Counted from the first letter of the stretch, positions 9,626 through 17,031 are shown. The stretch is 32,000 nt of DNA from Erysipelotrichaceae bacterium (GCA_963663995.1 OY760660.1:30001-62000), one strand, 5' to 3'. Made by a program: numbers and translations. The notes: generated by a model not told the origin, from the sequence alone.

Positions 9626-9634
9626 TGATATACT
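9626..9634 (+). promoter_or_regulatory. candidate extended -10 promoter (TGATATACT) for the 9661 gene
   Basis: A TGnTATACT motif sits 27 nt upstream of the ATG, with an AAGAGG RBS downstream of it. Confidence 0.4.
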
Positions 9635-9660
9635 CAAATTAGAAAAGAGGTATTGAAAAT

Positions 9661-9990
9661 ATGCTAGTAAAATGTACAGTTTGTGGCTTAATTCATGAAG
9701 CGGACGCAATGGGTGAAAAATGTCCTAAGTGCGGTGCCCCTAAAGAAAAATTTGTTGAATTAAGTGAGGAAGAAGCAGGTAAAGTCACACGCAGCCAAAA
9801 GACAAATGATTTACATGCTAAACTCATTGATTTAATGAGAGAAGTTGAAAGTATTGCTGACTGTGGTATCGAAGATAATTTAGATCCTGGTTGTGTCAAG
9901 ATTTTCAAAGAAGCTAAAGAAGCAGCAGTGATGTTCAAACGTAAATCAATGGCAGAACTTGCTGGTCATGTAGGTAAGGGTAAATATTAA
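9661..9990 (+). CDS. small rubredoxin-like / zinc-ribbon domain protein
   Basis: 109 aa. The N-terminus has a CxxC...CxxC knuckle pair (CTVCG...CPKCG), followed by a helical tail. Function is unknown. Confidence 0.6.
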   Translation: MLVKCTVCGLIHEADAMGEKCPKCGAPKEKFVELSEEEAGKVTRSQKTNDLHAKLIDLMREVESIADCGIEDNLDPGCVKIFKEAKEAAVMFKRKSMAELAGHVGKGKY

Positions 9991-9996
9991 GCAAAT

Positions 9997-10027
9997 AAAA
10001 AGTTGGATAATTTCCAACTTTTTATTT
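9997..10027. terminator. bidirectional terminator between convergent genes
   Basis: An 11-bp stem AAAAAGTTGGA / TCCAACTTTTT with loop TAATT. Confidence 0.6.
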
Positions 10028-10402
10028 ATTTCTGAACTCTAATTTAATACGATCATCATCTTCAATGAATAAAGCGATATGATCAGGACCATCAGCATAG
10101 GGATATCGATCTTCATATAAACATTTTATGCCTTTATCGATTGCTGCTTGATGTAATCTATGAATTGTTTCTATCTCACATAGAAAAGCTAAATGATTTA
10201 AACCTGTATGTTTGCGATGATACTTCGTATCAAGATATTTTTTTTCAGTTTGGACAAAGACGATATAACTTGTATCCTTTTTAAAACTAAAACCTTTTTC
10301 CCAATTTTGATATAAGGAATAATTTAAATAAGAAAAAAGCCATTGATAAAAATCAAATGACTGTTTTAAATTTGAAACATTTATTTCAATATGATGGAGC
10401 AT
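10022..10402 (-). CDS. VOC (glyoxalase/bleomycin-resistance/dioxygenase) family protein
   Basis: The N-terminus MLHHIEINVSNLKQSFDFYQWLF is a typical VOC first beta-alpha unit. I prefer the ATG at 10402 (GGAG RBS 8 nt upstream) over the TTG at 10405 used by the ORF track. Confidence 0.75.
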   Translation of the reverse strand: MLHHIEINVSNLKQSFDFYQWLFSYLNYSLYQNWEKGFSFKKDTSYIVFVQTEKKYLDTKYHRKHTGLNHLAFLCEIETIHRLHQAAIDKGIKCLYEDRYPYADGPDHIALFIEDDDRIKLEFRNK

Positions 10403-10407
10403 CAATT

Positions 10408-10644
10408 CTACTCCATTACAATGACTTCTTTAACGCCAGGAACTTCTTCAATAAGTAAGGCTTCAACGCCTAACTTATATGTAGTGTCAATGGCACCACA
10501 TCCAACACATGCGCCAAGAACTCTGACATAAACTGTTCCATCTTCTTCTGTTTTGACATATTCTAAATCGCCACCATCTCTTTGGATATAAGGACGAATT
10601 TTAGCTAAAACTTCTATAACTTGTTTTTCCATAGTATTATCCAT
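10408..10644 (-). CDS. NifU-like (Nfu C-terminal domain) Fe-S cluster protein
   Basis: 78 aa with ...IRPYIQRDGGDLEYV...GACVGCG..., the Nfu/NifU C-terminal CxxC domain. Confidence 0.85.
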   Translation of the reverse strand: MDNTMEKQVIEVLAKIRPYIQRDGGDLEYVKTEEDGTVYVRVLGACVGCGAIDTTYKLGVEALLIEEVPGVKEVIVME

Positions 10645-10648
10645 ATTG

Positions 10649-11104
10649 CTACCTCAAGAAATACATTAACCCACCAACACTCAATCCGACAACTATTCCG
10701 CCCAAAACTTCTGTCCATTTATGTCCTAAAACTTCTTTTACCTTTAATAAATAGATTGGATCATCAAGTTTTATTTGGGTTAATTCTTGAATATCTCTTA
10801 TTAATTGTTGAGTGATCTGTATATTACGTCCTGCATAGAATCGTACATTGGCTGCATCATAAATGACAATCATTGAAAAGGATAAAACAACCGCAAAGAT
10901 GGTCGAATCAAAATTATCATGTAAACCAACTGAGATCACTAAAGCAGATACTAAAGCAGTGTGTGAGGATGGGAATCCACCGCTTTCAAAAATAAGGGAG
11001 ACGTCCCACTCTCTTGTCATGATATATTTTAAAACTGGTTTTAAGATTTGAGCAACTTGATTGGCTACAAATGCAGCCCAAAATGGGTAGTAATTTCCGA
11101 GCAT
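10649..11104 (-). CDS. divergent PAP2 family membrane protein (YuiD-like)
   Basis: 151 aa membrane protein with the GGFPSSHTA motif of the divergent PAP2/DUF212 family. Confidence 0.8.
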   Translation of the reverse strand: MLGNYYPFWAAFVANQVAQILKPVLKYIMTREWDVSLIFESGGFPSSHTALVSALVISVGLHDNFDSTIFAVVLSFSMIVIYDAANVRFYAGRNIQITQQLIRDIQELTQIKLDDPIYLLKVKEVLGHKWTEVLGGIVVGLSVGGLMYFLR

Positions 11105-11126
11105 AACCTTATCCTTACGTTTAAAA

Positions 11127-11163
11127 ATTATAGCACATAATTCAAAAAAGCCTGTGCTATAAT
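11127..11163. promoter_or_regulatory. back-to-back divergent extended -10 promoters formed by an 11-bp perfect inverted repeat
   Basis: ATTATAGCACA (11127-11137) and TGTGCTATAAT (11153-11163). Each arm reads TGCTATAAT toward its own gene. Confidence 0.45.
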
Positions 11164-11185
11164 ATCGAAGTACTTAGGAGTGTTA

Positions 11186-11545
11186 ATGATGTATCAAAGT
11201 GGTCAAATCGTTGAAGGTGAAATAACTGGTATTCAAGCATACGGTGCTTTTGTACAGGTTGATAAAGATACAAGTGGTTTGATTCATATTTCTGAAATAT
11301 CAGAAGGATATGTGAAGGATATTAACCATTTTGTAAAAGTGGGAGATAAGCTAAAACTTAAAATTCTTGATGTTGATACGAAGTCACATCATTTGCGTTT
11401 ATCACTAAAAGCCCTGAGAAACTCACGAAAGAGTCGGCCACGTCATAAGCGAATTCCTAAATTAAAGAATGCGATTGGGTTTGAATCACTCAGAGAAAAC
11501 TTAGACGCATGGATTGAAACTGCACACAAGGAGATTGAAAAATGA
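11186..11545 (+). CDS. yugI: S1 RNA-binding domain protein (general stress protein 13 / CvfD-like)
   Basis: The S1 fold motif is ...GEITGIQAYGAFVQVDKDTSGLIHISEISEGYVKDI... and the C-terminal ...LDAWIE tail resembles B. subtilis YugI. The ATG at 11186/11189 follows an AGGAG RBS; the ORF track's GTG at 11180 overlaps that RBS. Confidence 0.8.
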   Translation: MMYQSGQIVEGEITGIQAYGAFVQVDKDTSGLIHISEISEGYVKDINHFVKVGDKLKLKILDVDTKSHHLRLSLKALRNSRKSRPRHKRIPKLKNAIGFESLRENLDAWIETAHKEIEK

Positions 11546-12822
11546 TTAAAGTAGATTTTACGAATGCTTTAGATCCTAAGGTTCTAGAAAGCTATCAAAA
11601 AGAAGTTAATAAGTATCATGTTAATCTAACTGAGAAAACAGGTTTAGGTTCAGATTTCTTAGGTTGGACCACTTTACCATTTGATTATGATAAAGATGAA
11701 TTTGAATTAGTTAAAAAAATTGCGAAAGATGTTCGCGCTAAAGCAGATACTTTTATAGTCTGTGGTATTGGTGGATCCTATTTAGGTTCACGTGCTGCGA
11801 TTGAAATGATTAATGGTATTTTTCCAAAAGAAAATAAAGTTGAAGTTTTATTCTTAGGAAATACATTCTCATCAACTTATATTATGCAAGTTCTCGATCG
11901 TATTAAAGATCGTAATGTAATGGTTAATGTTATTTCTAAATCTGGAACAACCACTGAAACAGCGATGGCGTTCAGATTAGTAAAACAATTCTTAGTAGAA
12001 AAATATGGTGAAGCAGAAGCGACAGCTCGTATTATTGCGACAACTGATAAAGCACGTGGAACTTTAAAAGCACAAGCTGATTCAAAAGGCTATGTGACTT
12101 TAACCATTCCTGATGATGTTGGTGGTCGTTATTCAGTTCTAACTTCAGTTGGTTTATTACCAATTGCGGTCGCGGGTATTGATATTGATGCCATGATGGA
12201 AGGTGCTCAAGAAGCAGCTAAAGCTTATACTTCAAGTGTTATTTCTGAAAATGATGCATATGCCTATGCTGTTGCTCGTCGTTATATGGAAGATAAAGTG
12301 GGTAAAACAACTGAACTTCTCGTTTCTTATGAAACTCAACTTACGATGGTAGCGGAGTGGTGGAAACAACTCTATGGAGAATCTGAAGGTAAAGAAGAAA
12401 AAGGTTTATTCCCAGCATCTGTTAATTTCTCAACGGATTTACACTCAATGGGACAAATGGTTCAAGAAGGAACAAAACTCTTATTTGAAACATTACTCTT
12501 AGTTAAAGAACCAACTTTAGATATGAAATTCCCAGCCGATTCTGAAGATCTTGATGGAATGAATTATTTAGCAGGTAAAACATTAGATGAAGTTAATAAG
12601 AATGCTATGCTTGGTACATTGGAAGCACATCATGATGAAGGTGGTATTCCAAATATTATGTTAACAATCGATAAAATGGATGCGAAGAACTTTGGTTATA
12701 TGGCTCAATTCTTCTTCATCTCATGTGGAATGTCTGTATACCTAATAGGTGTTAACCCATTCAATCAACCAGGTGTTGAAGTTTATAAAAAGAATATGTT
12801 TAGACTCTTAGGTAAAAAATAA
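11542..12822 (+). CDS. pgi: glucose-6-phosphate isomerase
   Basis: 426 aa with GIGGSYLGSRA, DDVGGRYSVLTSVGLLP and WWKQLYGESEGK motifs. The start overlaps the upstream stop as ATGA. Confidence 0.95.
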   Translation: MIKVDFTNALDPKVLESYQKEVNKYHVNLTEKTGLGSDFLGWTTLPFDYDKDEFELVKKIAKDVRAKADTFIVCGIGGSYLGSRAAIEMINGIFPKENKVEVLFLGNTFSSTYIMQVLDRIKDRNVMVNVISKSGTTTETAMAFRLVKQFLVEKYGEAEATARIIATTDKARGTLKAQADSKGYVTLTIPDDVGGRYSVLTSVGLLPIAVAGIDIDAMMEGAQEAAKAYTSSVISENDAYAYAVARRYMEDKVGKTTELLVSYETQLTMVAEWWKQLYGESEGKEEKGLFPASVNFSTDLHSMGQMVQEGTKLLFETLLLVKEPTLDMKFPADSEDLDGMNYLAGKTLDEVNKNAMLGTLEAHHDEGGIPNIMLTIDKMDAKNFGYMAQFFFISCGMSVYLIGVNPFNQPGVEVYKKNMFRLLGKK

Positions 12823-12832
12823 ATAAAGCATT

Positions 12833-12847
12833 AAAAAAAGATATCGT
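12833..12847. terminator. left half (A-run plus stem arm GATATCGT) of a terminator hairpin split by IS insertion
   Basis: AAAAAAAGATATCGT is the exact reverse complement of ACGATATCTTTTT at 15808-15820. Confidence 0.5.
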
Positions 12848-12906
12848 TCTTCTGAACTGTCCCCTTTGTCAAGGACACTTAAAAAAAGGACTTTAGAGAA
12901 TTAGAT

Positions 12907-12946
12907 AAAAGGAACAGAATTTCTGAATAGAAAATATGTTCCTTTT
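12907..12946. terminator. hairpin inside IS-A, downstream of its transposase
   Basis: AAAAGGAACA ... TGTTCCTTTT, a 10-bp stem with a 20-nt loop and T-runs on both strands. Confidence 0.35.
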
Positions 12947-12989
12947 TCGTTTGATCATAATAAAAATATGTTTAAGAGAAACGATTGAA

Positions 12990-13874
12990 TTATAGGTATA
13001 TTACTGGCTGATGATAGAGAACAGGTAATAATAATGGAATATCATCTGAACGATCTAAGTAACTTTCATATTTATGAGGTGTCATACGATGTAACCCCCA
13101 TTGTGGGCGATCATAATTATAGTAGTTGATATAGTCCATAATCGCTTCAACACATTCAATATAGGTCTTATAATGCTTAAATTTTACTTCATCTTTCATG
13201 TGCCCAAAGAAACTTTCTTGAGCTGCATTATCTAAACAATTTCCACGTCTCGACATTGAACTTTCAATTCCTAGTTCATCTAAGACTTGTTTAAAGGCTC
13301 TTGATGTATAATGTGAACCTTGATCTGAGTGAATGAGAACCTTTAGATTTAAATCACCCATTTGTGTTTCAATAAGCCCTTGAACGGTCTTTAATACAAA
13401 CGAGACATCTAAGGATTCTGATACCCTATAAGATAATATCTTATTACTAGAGGCATCTTTGATGACAGATAAATAAGCTCGCTTATGAGAACCATAAGTA
13501 ATATACGTAATATCTGTGAGAAGTATTTTACGCGCAACCCCTTGTTTGAATTGTCGATTAACTCGATTGACTGATATATCGTTAGTTGCCATATCTCTCA
13601 TCATTTGTCGATATGGATTTGCTTGTCTAATCTCACACACTAAGCCGTATTTACGCATTAATCTTCGTATTTTCTTAAGATTCATACACCTATTATGTTT
13701 ATCTTGAAGATACATCTTAATGGGTCGTGCACCCTTATCATAGCCACGATAGTTGAAGGCTTCTTTGATGTAGGCAAAATCAATCTCATCTTGAATGTCT
13801 TTAAAATTAAGGCTTCGTTTGCGTTTGATAAAGGCGTAATAACCTGATCTGGATACTTGTGCGATTGTACACAT
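12990..13874 (-). CDS. IS3-family transposase OrfB (DDE integrase domain), expressed as an OrfAB fusion by -1 frameshifting
   Basis: DDE triad context: LTDITY, IHSDQGSHYTS, NCLDNAAQESFF. The frame stays open upstream of the listed Met, back to the slippery site at 13982-13988. Confidence 0.9.
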   Translation of the reverse strand: MCTIAQVSRSGYYAFIKRKRSLNFKDIQDEIDFAYIKEAFNYRGYDKGARPIKMYLQDKHNRCMNLKKIRRLMRKYGLVCEIRQANPYRQMMRDMATNDISVNRVNRQFKQGVARKILLTDITYITYGSHKRAYLSVIKDASSNKILSYRVSESLDVSFVLKTVQGLIETQMGDLNLKVLIHSDQGSHYTSRAFKQVLDELGIESSMSRRGNCLDNAAQESFFGHMKDEVKFKHYKTYIECVEAIMDYINYYNYDRPQWGLHRMTPHKYESYLDRSDDIPLLLPVLYHQPVIYL

Positions 13875-13921
13875 ATAATTTATATCTAAACGATTTTTAC
13901 GTTTTGAATTAAGGTTAAAAA

Positions 13922-14356
13922 TTATTTCGTATTTTTCTTGTGCGCTAAGTTGTATCTCACACTCCTTTCCAGTGCGTCGAGCTTTTTTAAGAATTCATTC
14001 TCCTGTTCTAAGTATTCATTTCGATCTTTCAAATACTTAAGTTCTTCTTCTAGTGTTCTTGGCTTTTGTCTTGAACGACCTGAACTTCCTTTTCGCGTGT
14101 CTTTAAACCCTTCATCGCGTTTACTCATCTTTCGCCAACGCTCTAACGACAAACGGATACGATTCATTCCTAAATCTTTAACACTTAATCCTGCATCTTC
14201 GAAAATCTGTCTAGAACTATATCCTCTCTGATACAAATCAACTGATTTCTCTCTAAAAGCCATCGTGTAAGTTATCGACTTTTCACTAATATTTTCTATA
14301 TACGGATTATCTTTCAATCGTTTAATCTGTTCTTCTGAAAATCGGACTTTACTCAT
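13922..14356 (-). CDS. IS3-family transposase OrfA (HTH plus leucine-zipper region)
   Basis: 144 aa with an N-terminal HTH, a basic region, and a C-terminal LEEELKYLKDRNEYLEQENEFLKKL coiled coil. Confidence 0.9.
   Translation of the reverse strand: MSKVRFSEEQIKRLKDNPYIENISEKSITYTMAFREKSVDLYQRGYSSRQIFEDAGLSVKDLGMNRIRLSLERWRKMSKRDEGFKDTRKGSSGRSRQKPRTLEEELKYLKDRNEYLEQENEFLKKLDALERSVRYNLAHKKNTK
13982..13988 (-). other. programmed -1 ribosomal frameshift heptamer A AAA AAG of IS-A
   Basis: The minus strand reads TTA AAA AAG CTC. In my hand translation the -1 frame from here runs without a stop into MCTIAQVSRSGYY. Confidence 0.7.
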
Positions 14357-14490
14357 AACTTTTCCTCATTTTCTTTATTATATTTAAAAACCCTATAGGG
14401 TGAAGTAGTAAAGTAAAAGTAGACACAAGAAAAAACCATTTTCTTGAATAAAGTCTACTTTTTTCTTATACCTAAAGAAAAGGAGGTTAT

Positions 14491-14868
14491 ATGAGAGGAA
14501 GACCAAAAGGTGGGAAGAACAGAAAATACGAATTAGAATTTATGATTGAAGTAATTAATCGTTATTTAGAAGATAGAGTTTCACTACCTCGCTTAGAATC
14601 GGAATTAAACATTAGTCATTCCGTCATCAGAAACTGGATAAGACATTATCGAGAGAATGGAATTGAAGGTCTTAGAACCATTCACAAGGGCAAAGGCAAC
14701 CCTTATTCAGCCCTGTATACAAGTAAAAATTTAACTGAAGTTGAACGTTTAAAACTTGAGCTTATGAAACGAGACATTGAAATTGAACGCTTAAAAAAAG
14801 GATACACCGTGAAAGGAGTTGGTTCACAGAAGGAATACGTTACACTATCCGGCAAGACTATCAAATAG
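14491..14868 (+). CDS. IS3-family transposase OrfA
   Basis: 125 aa with an HTH (LESELNISHSVIRNWIRHYRENG) and a coiled coil. A GGAGG RBS is present. Confidence 0.9.
   Translation: MRGRPKGGKNRKYELEFMIEVINRYLEDRVSLPRLESELNISHSVIRNWIRHYRENGIEGLRTIHKGKGNPYSALYTSKNLTEVERLKLELMKRDIEIERLKKGYTVKGVGSQKEYVTLSGKTIK
14793..14799 (+). other. programmed -1 frameshift heptamer A AAA AAA (followed by G) of IS-B
   Basis: TTA AAA AAA GGA. By hand translation the -1 frame is open from here into MGLNRSGYYKW. Confidence 0.7.
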
Positions 14869-14915
14869 CTGATGGATTAAAAGATAAATATTCAATTACT
14901 CAATTACTTAAAGAA

Positions 14916-15716
14916 ATGGGATTGAATCGATCAGGGTACTACAAATGGTTAGAGCGCAAAGATAGACCTAATCAATACATCCAATATCGAATGAAGTTAA
15001 TACCATATATTACGCAAATACATCAAAAACATAAGACTTATGGTTATCATCGAGTAGCCTATGAATTACGTAATCAAACAGAGTTTGTGTTCTCTGATCA
15101 CTTGGTTCATAAATGTATGAAACAGTTGGGTTTAAAATCAAGTGCGAGAAAGTATAGATATCGAAAAGTTGGTGATGAGCATGTCATTTACAAAAATGAA
15201 GTGGCTGGGCATTGGAATGCCTCAAAACCTTATGAGATTGTCGTATCAGACATGACTCAGATTCGTAATCGAGGGAAAGCATATGAACTCACATTGTTTA
15301 TCGATACGTTCAATAATGAAATTATCGCTCAATCCATGTCATCTCAAAAAGGTGATATTAAACCTTATTATGATTGTTTATCCCAATATTTAAAGCAAAT
15401 AAAAGGAATAGAATACCCCATCATCCTTCACACAGATCAAGGGTCAGTCTACTCCAGTAAAGCTTTCAATCAAGCTCTTTCAAATTATAACATTATTCGT
15501 TCGATGAATCGCTCAGGTACACCTACGGATAATCCAGTCAATGAAGCACTTAATGGATGGATGAAAGATGAATTGTATATAGATTTTAATATCTCTCGTT
15601 CAAATGATGTTTATCAAACAATTAAAGAATATATTCATCATTTTAATCATGAACGTCCTGCATATACCTTACAATATAAAACCCCAATTCAATATAAACA
15701 TGACTTAGGGTTCTAA
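14916..15716 (+). CDS. IS3-family transposase OrfB (DDE domain)
   Basis: VVSDMTQI, LHTDQGSVYSS, PTDNPVNEALNGW. The frame is open upstream to the slippery site. Confidence 0.9.
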   Translation: MGLNRSGYYKWLERKDRPNQYIQYRMKLIPYITQIHQKHKTYGYHRVAYELRNQTEFVFSDHLVHKCMKQLGLKSSARKYRYRKVGDEHVIYKNEVAGHWNASKPYEIVVSDMTQIRNRGKAYELTLFIDTFNNEIIAQSMSSQKGDIKPYYDCLSQYLKQIKGIEYPIILHTDQGSVYSSKAFNQALSNYNIIRSMNRSGTPTDNPVNEALNGWMKDELYIDFNISRSNDVYQTIKEYIHHFNHERPAYTLQYKTPIQYKHDLGF

Positions 15717-15807
15717 TTGTTTTTTAAACTTGTCTAATTTTCCTTTACAAGTTCAAGGGTAACACTTTTTTATCGTGTCTACTCTATAGGGTACAGTTTA
15801 TTCAATG

Positions 15808-15820
15808 ACGATATCTTTTT
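15808..15820. terminator. right half (stem arm ACGATATC plus T-run) of the split pgi/apbE terminator
   Basis: Reverse complement of 12835-12847. It lies 13 nt beyond the apbE stop. Confidence 0.5.
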
Positions 15821-15827
15821 ATATGTC

Positions 15828-16973
15828 TTATCGATATAAACGTGAATGTTCGATTAGGTTATCTGTATGGACTAAACTAAAGCCTTCTGAATCAATGACA
15901 TTACTTGCATTTGCCGGAGCTAAACCTTCTTCATAAACCCATAAAACACCAAAGTAATTATTCGGATACTTTGCTTGAATTTCGGCATAGTATTCCATTG
16001 CTCTATCATAATCTAGAATAAAGAACGCTTTTGATAATGCTTCCGCATCTCCCGCTTTTAAATCTGTTACAACTGTGACTGCATGTAGATTTGTTACAAC
16101 GGGATAAAGTGTACTTGGATCAATAATGTGGTGATAATAGTTCCCATCTTCAGCCATGTAATAATTTTGATTATCACCAGACGTTGATATTGAAATATCA
16201 GCTGGGAAATAAAGAGTATCAATCGTATTTGCACCAATCAATGTAGGACGAGTAGGAGCAGTAATACCAACTCCCCATTCAGAACCATCAGGTTTAGTGC
16301 CAATGGTTAAGATAGATGAATCACCAATATTGATGATGGCAATGTCCATCCCTGCATCCTTTAACTGTGCTGCAATGATATCAGCCGCAAAGCCTTTACC
16401 GATTCCACCGACGTCAACTTGTGTACAAGCTTCAATGATTTCAATAGTGTTATCAGCATCATTAACGATGATCTTATCCCAACCACTGCATAAGTCGGCG
16501 GCTGATAATTCATCAATACTAGGAATAAATCCATATTCGCTTGGTTCATTTTGATTAAGGAGTTTTCCTTCTTCACGATAAGCGTGCCATATATTAAGGA
16601 CTGCTCCAATACTAGGGTTAAATGTATTCCATGTATCGTCAGTCCACATTTGTGCAGCTAAGAATAAATCAATCAAGTCTTGATCAACAACAACAGGACC
16701 GTGACCGGCAGTATTGTTGATTGCATATAAGTTTGTGATTCCTTTAATTGCCGTATATTTATCATATAGATGACCCAATCGAGTAAATTCACTACTTAAC
16801 TGATCGAAATAATCATTATAGGTATTTTCATCTTTTGTATACGCAATTAAGGTAACCGCAATATCTTTAAAACCGACATCTAATGCGATTTTCGCATAGC
16901 GACTTGGAGTGCTTTCACAACTGCTTAATAAGAGTAAAATTGCGAGAAATAAGGTTAATTTTGTTCTAATCAT
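15828..16973 (-). CDS. apbE: FAD:protein FMN transferase (ApbE family) lipoprotein
   Basis: 381 aa with a signal peptide and lipobox LLLLSSC, and the ApbE block DVGGIGKGFAAD. It lies next to rnf, whose D and G subunits need flavinylation. Confidence 0.9.
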   Translation of the reverse strand: MIRTKLTLFLAILLLLSSCESTPSRYAKIALDVGFKDIAVTLIAYTKDENTYNDYFDQLSSEFTRLGHLYDKYTAIKGITNLYAINNTAGHGPVVVDQDLIDLFLAAQMWTDDTWNTFNPSIGAVLNIWHAYREEGKLLNQNEPSEYGFIPSIDELSAADLCSGWDKIIVNDADNTIEIIEACTQVDVGGIGKGFAADIIAAQLKDAGMDIAIINIGDSSILTIGTKPDGSEWGVGITAPTRPTLIGANTIDTLYFPADISISTSGDNQNYYMAEDGNYYHHIIDPSTLYPVVTNLHAVTVVTDLKAGDAEALSKAFFILDYDRAMEYYAEIQAKYPNNYFGVLWVYEEGLAPANASNVIDSEGFSLVHTDNLIEHSRLYR

Positions 16974-16979
16974 GAGTGC

Positions 16980-16988
16980 ATTATAGCA
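16980..16988 (-). promoter_or_regulatory. extended -10 promoter (TGCTATAAT on the minus strand), placed for a leaderless apbE mRNA
   Basis: The minus strand reads TGCTATAAT-GCACTC-ATG, so the -10 ends 6 nt before the start codon. No SD is present. Confidence 0.4.
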
Positions 16989-17022
16989 TATGATAATAGT
17001 TCTAAACTTGTGAAATTATTTG

Positions 17023-17031
17023 TGATATAAT
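17023..17031 (+). promoter_or_regulatory. candidate extended -10 promoter (TGATATAAT) for the rnf operon
   Basis: TGnTATAAT lies 64 nt upstream of the rnfC ATG. Confidence 0.4.

Larger units (their letters stand above)
12853..14410 (-). mobile_element. IS3-family insertion sequence A (orfA/orfB with a -1 frameshift). The outer end is firm; the inner end is uncertain by about 40 bp.
   Basis: The outer terminus TGAACTGTCCCCTTTGTCAAGGACAC starts with TG at 12853. It holds two ORFs in the 0/-1 frame arrangement and a DDE transposase. Confidence 0.8.
14401..15804 (+). mobile_element. IS3-family insertion sequence B (orfA/orfB with a -1 frameshift). The inner end is uncertain (candidates 14385, 14401, 14445).
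   Basis: The reverse complement of the outer terminus reads TGAATAAACTGTACCCTATAGAGTAGACAC. TGAATAAAGTCTAC at 14445 matches its first 14 nt at 12 positions. It carries a DDE transposase. Confidence 0.8.

Noticed and set aside
9447-9660. A TnrA/GlnR box, or a riboswitch or small leader peptide, upstream of glnN
   Set aside because: The trinucleotide TGT does not occur anywhere in this interval, so TGTNA-N7-TNACA is impossible. The mini-ORFs, such as ATG 9531 to TAA 9581 (16 aa), have no RBS. I could not see any conserved-looking structured element in this nearly pure A/T sequence.
6797-11051. Shadow ORFs at 6797-7033(-), 8890-9075(+), 8951-9142(-), 9693-9938(-), 10621-10815(+) and 10863-11051(+)
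   Set aside because: Each lies entirely inside, and antisense to or out of frame with, a longer ORF that has recognisable family motifs (AI-2E permease, GS-III, zinc-ribbon protein, Nfu/PAP2). None has a convincing RBS.
13516-14231. Plus-strand ORFs at 13516-13707 and 13938-14231 inside IS-A
   Set aside because: They are antisense to the IS3 transposase orfA and orfB, with low-complexity products (S/L/F-rich) and no RBS.
12853-15804. A single large IS, or a composite transposon carrying cargo
   Set aside because: The interval holds two complete and clearly different orfA/orfB sets in opposite orientations, with no additional genes between them. It is two abutting IS elements, not one element with passenger genes.
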